A stretch of 21,226 nt of DNA from the NCBI GenBank assembly GCA_964499705.1, contig CAZCME010000009.1, positions 126,001 through 147,226 of the forward strand, in the 5' to 3' direction. Shown piece after piece: positions 9,801 through 18,800 of this stretch. The position numbers were made by a program, and so were the translations under genes. The notes beneath the pieces are model-generated. The model saw only the letters and a program-made list of their open reading frames with translations. It did no database searches and had not been told where the DNA came from. This DNA comes from an uncultured bacterium (GTDB lineage: Bacteria > UBA8481). The first letter of the stretch is position 1, and each line of letters opens with the position of its first letter.

Positions 9801-12800
9801 CGGGGTGCGCAATGACCTCACCGCCGCGCAGTCGATTGAGGCATGCAACGCGATCAAGGACCAACTGAAGGCGGGTTATTACACGGGGCTGACGGCTGAT
9901 CATAAGGCCGAGTGGACGACGAAAATCGACTCGAAGATCGCGGAGTTGAGATCGAATGGAATCACTGAGTTGTTCACAGACTCCGCAGGCGCGCTGAAGC
10001 TGATTCGCAATTGGATCGAATCGTCGACGAGTAAGGATGACCTGGACAAGGTTCAACGGTATGTCGCCAACTATCCAACCATGAAGCCGTTGCCAGCTTC
10101 AGCGGATTGGGCGGCTTCTGTCTGCAAGCTACTGACCTCCGACCAACGTACTGCGATCAAAAAGGAACTGACTCAGCGGATGGCGATACTTGCAGTTCGG
10201 AACAACATCGCGGCCAAGAACTTCAGGGACGCCCAGACGGGTCTCGATTGGAACATCCAGAATCAGAATCTGACGACTGATCAGGCGACCATGCTGAAGA
10301 AGGAGATCGACGACGCCCAGCGTGCGCCATACGTCGAGAAATACGGCGACGCATGGGTGGCGGTCGACAAGGCATATCGCGACCGAATCCCCGGTCTAAA
10401 GACCGACGCCGATATCACGGCGCTGAAGAGCGAGATCAACGCCGATACGCGTCTGCCGTCCGAGGCGAAGGAACTCCTCTTGAAGGCCGTGACCGACGCG
10501 GGCGCGAAAACCATCAAGGCCGCCGTCCGCGCGTCGATCGCGGAAGTCTACAAGCGGATCATCGGGAGCGACGCCGACGCGACAACGTTGGATGGATACG
10601 TGACGAACTTCGCGACCAAGGGACTGGCGTCGATCGCGACGGAACTCTTCGCTTCGTCCGGATTCACGGGAAAGACGAACACGGAGAAGATCAAGTCCCT
10701 CTACCGGTTCGTCCTGTGGCGCGAGCCTGATAACGCAAAGGTCACAACCTATAACAGCTCGGGAAAGACGATCGCGGCGATCGGTAACGAGATGCAGACG
10801 TTGGACGAATTCAAGAATCTCGCGTCCGATACGAAGACCTTCATCCGGACCGTGCTTGGCTGGTCCACCGGTCAGGCGGCGAGCTTCTCGGCCTCATCGA
10901 ACAATCTCACAAGATGGAAAACGGCAACCTCGTCCGCGGCCTGCGCGACATCCGAGGACGCGAGCAAGGCATTCAACGGCAACGAGAAGGACAAGTGGTG
11001 CTCGACCGCCGGCGAAAAGTGGTTGCAGGTGGATCTCGGCTTGTCATGCAACATCACGGAGTTCGTCATCGCGCATGCCCAGATAGGCGGCGAGCCTTCC
11101 TCGACAAGCTCCGATTATAATACGCGCGACTTCAGCATCTCCGTCAGCGTGGACAATTCCGCGTGGACGAAGGTCGTCGATGTGACCGCTTCTTCGGGCG
11201 CCGTCACGATTCATCCGGTCAAGACCACGGGTCGCTACGTCAAGCTCGCGATCACGAAGCCGACGCAGGGCACTGATCAGGCCGCGCGGATCTACGAGTT
11301 CGAAGTGAACGGTTCCCCCGCGACAACCTTCACACCCTCATCCTCCAACCTCGCGCGGGGAAGGACGGCGACATCGTCTACCGCCTGTGCCACCACCGAG
11401 GCCGCCGACAAGGCGGTCAACGGCAACGGCAAGGACAAGTGGTGTTCGACGGCGAGCGAACGATGGCTGAAGGTTGATCTCGGCGCGTCATGCAACATCA
11501 CAGAATTCGTCATCGCTCACGCGGAAGCGGGCGGCGAAGGCGTGGATTACAACACGAGCGCGTTCGAGATCTCGACCAGCCCGGACAACACGACATGGAC
11601 GAAGGCCGTCACCGTCACCGGAAATACATCGGGTGTGACGAAGCATTCGGTCACGGCCTCGGCGGCGCGCTACGTCAAGCTTGCGATCACGAAGCCCGCC
11701 CAGAATTCAGACAACGCGGCGCGCATCTACGAGTTCGAGGTGAACGGGAGCGTCGTGGGTCCGTCTGCGATCGTCGCGCCTTCTGGATCTGTTTCCGCTC
11801 CGTCCGCGGTTGCCGCACCCTCCGCCGTCGCGGTTGCGCCGTCAGCAGTCGCCATCGCTCCCGCGGCAACAGCCGCGAGAATGGAGGCCGCGCCGCTCGC
11901 GATCGCCGCGCCCGCGTCCGCAGTCATGATTACGCGCGCCGAAACCGCGACGCCGCTTGCGACACGCATCGACACTTCTGCCGCCACAACCGACACACCC
12001 TCCGCGCCCGAACCATGGCAGCTCTGCGAGTTCACCGAGGGCGACATCACCGTCCGGATCGACGCGCTCGGAGACGCGACCGCCGGTTATGAACTCACCG
12101 GCCGCATCGGCCTGAAGGGCACGGCCGCGCTCGGCGGCGAAGGGAATCTTCCGCTCAAGGGGCGATGGGATCCGGCCAATCCGAACGCGCCGGTGAAGTT
12201 CGAGGCCGAGAATATTCTGAAGCCCGGGTTTGAGAAGAGCCTCGGCGAACTGATCCCGAAGGACTGGATCGAACTCGGCGATAAGCTCGGCGCGATCCTG
12301 ACGCTCGATCCACGGTGGATTCAGCGCCTCCAGGCGGGCGAGGACAACCGCGAGGACATCGACTGGTACAAAGAGGAGAAGGTCTACAAGATCGAGCTGG
12401 CCTTCCCGATGAAGCTGAAGCTCGATCCCACAAAGCCCGCCTTCGCGATGACCGTCAAGGCTAATCCGATCCACCACACGGTCGCGATCGAGATGGATCC
12501 CGGTCAGACTTGGGACAAGCCGTTCAACCTCCTGCCGGTCAAGTTCCCGCGCATCAACCTTGGCACCGACGAGAAGGTCTCGAAGTTTGACATCGATGCG
12601 GCCGGCGAGATGGACTTCATCGTCAAGGCGCTCGTCGATATGAAGCTCGTCACGACACCGGGGCGATCGCCGGAATTGAAGCTCGACCTGAAGACGCAGG
12701 GCGACTTCGTCGACGGCGCGTTGAAGCGCGCAGGAATCCCGCCGGAGATCTCTAAGTACTTCACAGCGATCTCGTCGAAGTTCAAGTTCAAGAGCCTCAA

Positions 12801-15800
12801 GATCGACGCGAGCATGGAAGGGCTCAAGAAGGGCGACCTGCCTGACGTCGCGGTCGACTTTGCGATCGAGCTTCCGAACTGGCAACATCACTTCGACTTG
12901 AAGTTTCCCGATGTCGATCTTGCGAACATGCCGAAGTTCGCGAAGCTCTTCGGCGATCAGGTGTGGCCGGTCCTCATCGCGAATCTCCCGAAGATAACGC
13001 TCGGCCTCGCATTCGGCGCGGGCGACCTCTACTTCCCGCTCGCCGACCTCGACCTGGGCGTCGTCACACTCGACATCGACGCGATGGGCAACCTCGCGAA
13101 GGGTTATGACCTCATCGGAAAGATCGCGGTCAAGGATGCTGGTGAGTTCGAGATGAAGGGGCACTGGGATCCTGCGAATCCGCTCGCCGTCATCAAGTTC
13201 GACGCGCCGAACATCTTCAAACCGCTTTATCTCGGCTCGCTCGGCAAGATTCTTCCTGCCGGCGCCTTTGAGTTGGGCGACAAACTCATCGTCGAACTCA
13301 TTCCCGATCCGGGCTGGGTCGAGGTGCTCCAGAAGGCCGGGATCCAGACCGAAGAAGACGCGAAGCGTGCGGGACACGGGTGCAAGATCGACGTCGGCTT
13401 CCCGCTGAAGATGAAACTCGATCCGACGAAGCCACCACTCGATATGGAGATGCGCGTCAACCTCCTCACGAAGATCGCCTCGATGCGCCTCGCATCGTCG
13501 CAGAAATGGGAGAAGCCATTCGATCTTCTTCCGATCAGCTTCACGTCACTTGAGGTCGGCACGGACAAGGAGATGAAGGCGCTCGCGGTCCGCGCCGTCG
13601 GCAAGGCTGACTTCTTTGTCGCTTGCGGCGCGGATCTCGACTTCGAACTGAGCGCTGACGGAAAAGAGAAGCCGTTCACGGTCACGCTGAAGCCCGAGGG
13701 CGACCTCTTCGGCGAGATCGTGAAACTGAGCGGCGCGACGGTTGATCAGAGGAAACTCCTCGACGCGGTACTCCCGGGCCTCCACCTCAACGAACTCACG
13801 ATCGACGGCGATTACGCCGAGATGCAGGCGAAGAAAGGCGCGCCCGATGTGAACTTCAACGTCACACTTGACGCGCTCGGAGCGAAGAAGACCTTCGAGA
13901 TCAAGATCGTCAAGTGCGACTTCGACAAGCCCAAGGTCATCGCGGCGCAGGTTATTCCGCAGATCATCGCCCAGCTCTCCGGCGTCGATCTGAAGGGCGC
14001 CGGCGCCGAACTCCTCGGCGCGCTCGGACTCTCCGGGCAATGGACGCTCATCGACGAGAATCTCCAGTTCTTCGAGATCAAGGTCGAGGCCGAGGGCGAT
14101 CCGAAGACCGGCTACAAGCTCGACGGCTTCGGCAGGATCTCCGGAATCGGCCGCATGAACTTCATCGGGAAGTGGGACGCGGCCGATCCGCTTGCTCCGA
14201 TCGTCTTCGAGGCGGACAACATCTTCAAGCCGATCTTCGAGAAGACGGTCGGAACCGCGGTCCCGAAGGACAAGCTTGAACTCAAGGACAAGCTCTACGT
14301 CGTCATGGGCCTATCCGGACCGCTGGTGGAATCGCTGCGGCGCGGCACGGGAACGTCCGAGGAGGGGCCTAAGAGCGAGGATGAAGACCTTGTCGGCTTC
14401 TCGATCGACGTCAACTTCCCCATAAAGCTCGGGATCGACCCGACGCAGAAGCCCTTCGACATGACCGCGACCGTGAAGCCCCTCGAGCAGACCGCGTCGA
14501 TCGCGCTAGATCCCGGCGTCGTCTGGGACAAACCCTTCGGCATCTTCCCCGTGACCTTCAGCGCGCTGAACGTCGGCACCGATCCGACGTTCACGACCGT
14601 CATCATCGACGCGTCGGGCAAGTCGGACTTCCTCGGCGAGATGGAGTTCAACATCGAAGCGACCTTGAAGAAGAACGAGAAACCGAAGCTGAAGATCCTC
14701 GCTCTTCCGTCCGGCGACATGGTCGCGGCGATCATGAGGAAGGTGAAGATTCCTTCGACCATGGCGACGCCCAAGGTAACGCTCGAGAAGTTCATGATTG
14801 CCGCGGGCTTCGATCAGCTCGTGGCCGGGAAGCTCCCGAGCGCGGCGCTGAAGTTCAAGATCAACACGCTCGCGACCGGCGACGTGAACGTCGACATCAA
14901 CATCCCGAGCATCAGCTTCAAGGAGCCTGACAAGTTCGCCACGGCCGTGGCGAAAGAACTGACGCAGATTCTTTCGCAGATGGTGACGAAGATCGGGCCG
15001 CAGATCATCGCGAACGCGACCGGCACGGTGAAGAGCGCGGTCACGGATCCGGTCGGCACGGGCAGGAAAGCGGCCGAGGCGGGTAAAGAAACCGCCAAGG
15101 ACCTCGGCAACGCCGCATACGACTTTGCGAAGGATCCGGCCGCCGGCACGAAGAACCTCGTCAACGGCGCCGCCGATCTCGGTAAGTCGATCGGCGAGGG
15201 CGCTTACAACGCCGTCAGCGGCGAGGTGAACAAATGGGCGAGTGATCCGGCCGGCGCGGCGTCGGAGAAGGCGCAGGCCGCGATGGCGAAGGCCGAGGAG
15301 GCCTACAACGCCGTCTCGGGATTTATCTCGGACATCGGCGGCGCGGTGTCAGAAATCTTCAGCCGGGAATCCGAGAAGGAAAAGCGCGGCAAGCGGGAGA
15401 TCATCGCTCTGAAGGATCTCAGCGAGCGCGCCAAGTCCGCCAAGACCGTTGCCGATATCAATGCCATCATGGCTGTGACCGACAACAACACCGACCTCTG
15501 CTGGGATGCCAACGGTACGAAGACCTGCGGCCATCGCACGGCCGAGTTCCGGAAGATCCTCCGCGAGATGCGCGACGCCTTCAACGAAGTCACGCTCGAA
15601 AAGCTCCGCGCCCGCGCCGAGAGCGCGACGAGCACGGACCAGCTTCAGAAGATCCTCGACGAGATCGAAGCGAATCCCGACCTCTGCTCGGGTTCGGGCG
15701 ACAAACTTTCCTGCTCCGGAAATGCCGTGAATCTTTGGAACGAGATACTCGCGATGTGGGACAAGGTCGTGGAGAGACGCGAGCAGATCGAGTTGGCGGA

Positions 15801-18800
15801 GATCGAGAAACTTCGAACCGCAGCCGAATCTGCCCGGTCGAAGGACGATCTGAAGAAGATCTTCGACCGGATCGAGAAGAACAAGATCCTCTGCTCGGGT
15901 AGTCGCGCGGCCAAGAACCTCACCTGCTCAATACTCACCTTCGCCTTCTGGAACGAACTCGCCGCGGTCGAGGCTCTTCTCCCCGAGTTCCAGAGGATCG
16001 AGACCGACAAGACCGACGCCGACCTCGACAAGCGGGTCGCGCAAGCCGCAGGATACGGGACGAAATACGGACAGGGGCCGACCTGGGCCAAGCACTTCGA
16101 GAGATTCACGACGGCGCTCGAGGCGCAGAGAGTTGTGGCGAAGGCGCGTCGGTTGAAGCTCGTACGCGAATACATCAAGGACCCCAACACGGGCGGCGGC
16201 CTGATCGCGGTCGCCGAGTGGTTGAGCGGCAAGAGACCGACGCTTACCGGCGTCACAGCGAACGGCATGGTCTGGGAAAAGGCAACGGCCGCGGAAGCTT
16301 TCACCGCGACGGAGATCGAGTCTCTTCAGAAGGAGATCGCTCAACGGAAGTCCGATGACCTCACCGCCGGAATCCTGCGTTCGCTCGGAACAAACTGGAA
16401 CGAGGAGTTTCTGAATCGCGTGAAGAAGTTCCTGGCCGGGGGCCGGGATCCGGAATACGGCGATCCCACGACGCTTTCGAACGAGCAAAGGAAGAAGATT
16501 CAGGAAAAGGTCGATTCAAGACTAGCTGATCTGGCGGAGAAGCGGAACGAAGTGTTCAAGAGGGCGAAGGAGATTATCGCCGGTGTCAAAACGCCCGCAG
16601 GCCTCGACGACTTCGTCCGGAATCTGGAGCAAGGCAGGCTGCTCGACGGCAATGTTAGGCTCGCGATTTCCGCTCTGCAAGCAACGCAGATGGAGGAATT
16701 ATCCAGGTTGATTGAGGTGCAGAGGAAGGCAATCGGAAATGTCGCCGAGACGCAGATGAAGGCGGTTCGCGACAGCGTGGCCAGGGCCTCGTCGATGTAC
16801 GAGCTCTCCGACTACGAAATGCAGCTCAAGGACGGCCGGTCACTCGATTCGTTGAAGGTCAATGCTCTTACCAGCGACCAGATCCAAACGCTCCTGAAGG
16901 AGGTCGCGGCGCGCGAAAAGGAACTTCAGAAGTCGCTTCCGGATCAGCAGGAGAAGGCCTACGTCGATCTCATCAAGACTGCGGACCTCGAGACGCTCAC
17001 GCAGGTCGTCGACGGGCTCTGGAACTGGAAACCCCGAATCGGCATTCTGAACGCTAATCTTCCGGCTGCGAGCGAGATGAGCCGCGCTCAGGTCGATAAG
17101 CTCACGGCAATCGCGAAGCCAAAATTGACTGGAATTATCCTCACGAACGCCCGCGAGTTCATCGAGAAGCAGACAGGCGATGCCCCGCTGAGTGCGATGC
17201 GCGCTTACCTCGGCACATTCATCTCCAATCAGCGGGTTCAGCCGCCGATGCAGACGGCTATCGAAAACTACAAGGTCGACCGTCTTATGCTCTTCAGGCT
17301 GGATCGCCCCGACCTCATAGGCTTGCAATCGACAATTGACAGGCGTCTGGAGACCTTGAAGACCGCCGGCTCGGTCGAGGATTTCCGGAAGCTCATCGCG
17401 ACGGCGAAGGACGCGACTCGGCTCTCGCAACTCATGAGCCATTTCACATCCGACGGTCGCTCGGATCCGTCGCTGAAACTTCCGAGCCCGGCGAAGCTCT
17501 CGAAGACCGAGAAGGATTCATTCGTCGTGGAGATCAAGGAGAAGATGAAAGCTCTCTCCACGCCCGCTGTGATTCCGCTCGGGATCGTGGAGCAGTTCAG
17601 AAAAATCATCGGCACGGAGATGAGTCAGCCGGTTCTCTCCGAGCTTATGAACCACATCCAGTCCGGAGGACGAAATACGAATCCCGCGCGCAAGTGGCCC
17701 GCGACGACGAGTCTCAATCCGAAGGATAAGGAGACCCTTCTCGATGCCATCAAGGCGCGGATCGAATTGCTCAAGAGGCCCGCGAGTACGACGTCGCAGG
17801 GAACGCCGGTTCAACAGCCGTGGGGACAGTCCGCCTCGGGGACGTCATCTGGCGCACCGACGACTACTGCGGCCACGGGCAGCGCGGATGTGAGTCAGAA
17901 GCTCACCGCGATCATCGCCGCCTCCACCGAGATCCCGCTCCTCAATGAACTGATGAACCACGTCCAATCCGGCGGCCGGAACACGAATCCGACGCGGGGT
18001 TGGCCCGCGACAGCGAATCTGGACCAGGGGTCGAGGATTTCGCTCATCGCCGCGATCAGAGGGAAGATCGAGGCAATCCAGCGACAAGTCAGCGCGCCGC
18101 CACAGGGATCGACACAGCCGGCGGCCGCCGCGCCGGCGCAGGGAGTCACGGTGGTCCTCACCTGGACCGATCGCGGCGACGGCGATCTGCTCGTGAACGG
18201 AGCGCCCAGCCATTATAGGGGTGGTTCACCTGACGTCAGAACCGGGCCGGGCGAGGAGAAGATCACGCTGACCTCCGGTGTGAACACGATCGCCGCGCGA
18301 TGGAGCGGCGGACCTGCGGCGAGATTGACGGTCACGATTTATGTTTCGGGGCAGACGCCTCAATTGTTCACGCTGACCTTGAACCCGGGACAGACATCGA
18401 ACTTCTGCACGATCGACGCGGCCAGGAGAACCGTCAGCCCGGCGCCCGGAATCTCGCAAGGGACGCAGCAGCAGAGCGGGGCGTCCTCATCGAGCGGACC
18501 AGTCTGGGTGGCGGTCTCCTGGACGGACGCGGTGGATGTCGATCTCTTCATCGACGGCAAACCCGGTTCCGCGCAGGGTGGATCTCCCGACGTCTCGCGC
18601 GGCCCGGGCGAAGAGAAACTTTCGCTCACCTCTGGAACCCACAAGATCGCGGTGCGTCGCTTCGGCGGAACGCCAACAAAGGTGAAGGTGACGATCGCGA
18701 TACCGGGCAAAGCAACCGAGGTGTTCGAGCAGACCATAGGCTCCGGAGCGCCTGTCGTGTTCGGAACGTTGAACGTCGAACAGAAGGTGTTTGTGAAATG

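Noticed and set aside
17509-17519. 11-nt match (GAGAAGGATTC) to the tRNA 3' region as a second att site
   Set aside because: Short, inside an intact CDS, lacks the acceptor-stem portion; compatible with chance.
18300-18797. N-terminal extension of the 544-aa ORF
   Set aside because: Off-frame overlap with the giant gene's C-terminal domains; the signal peptide starts at ATG 18798.
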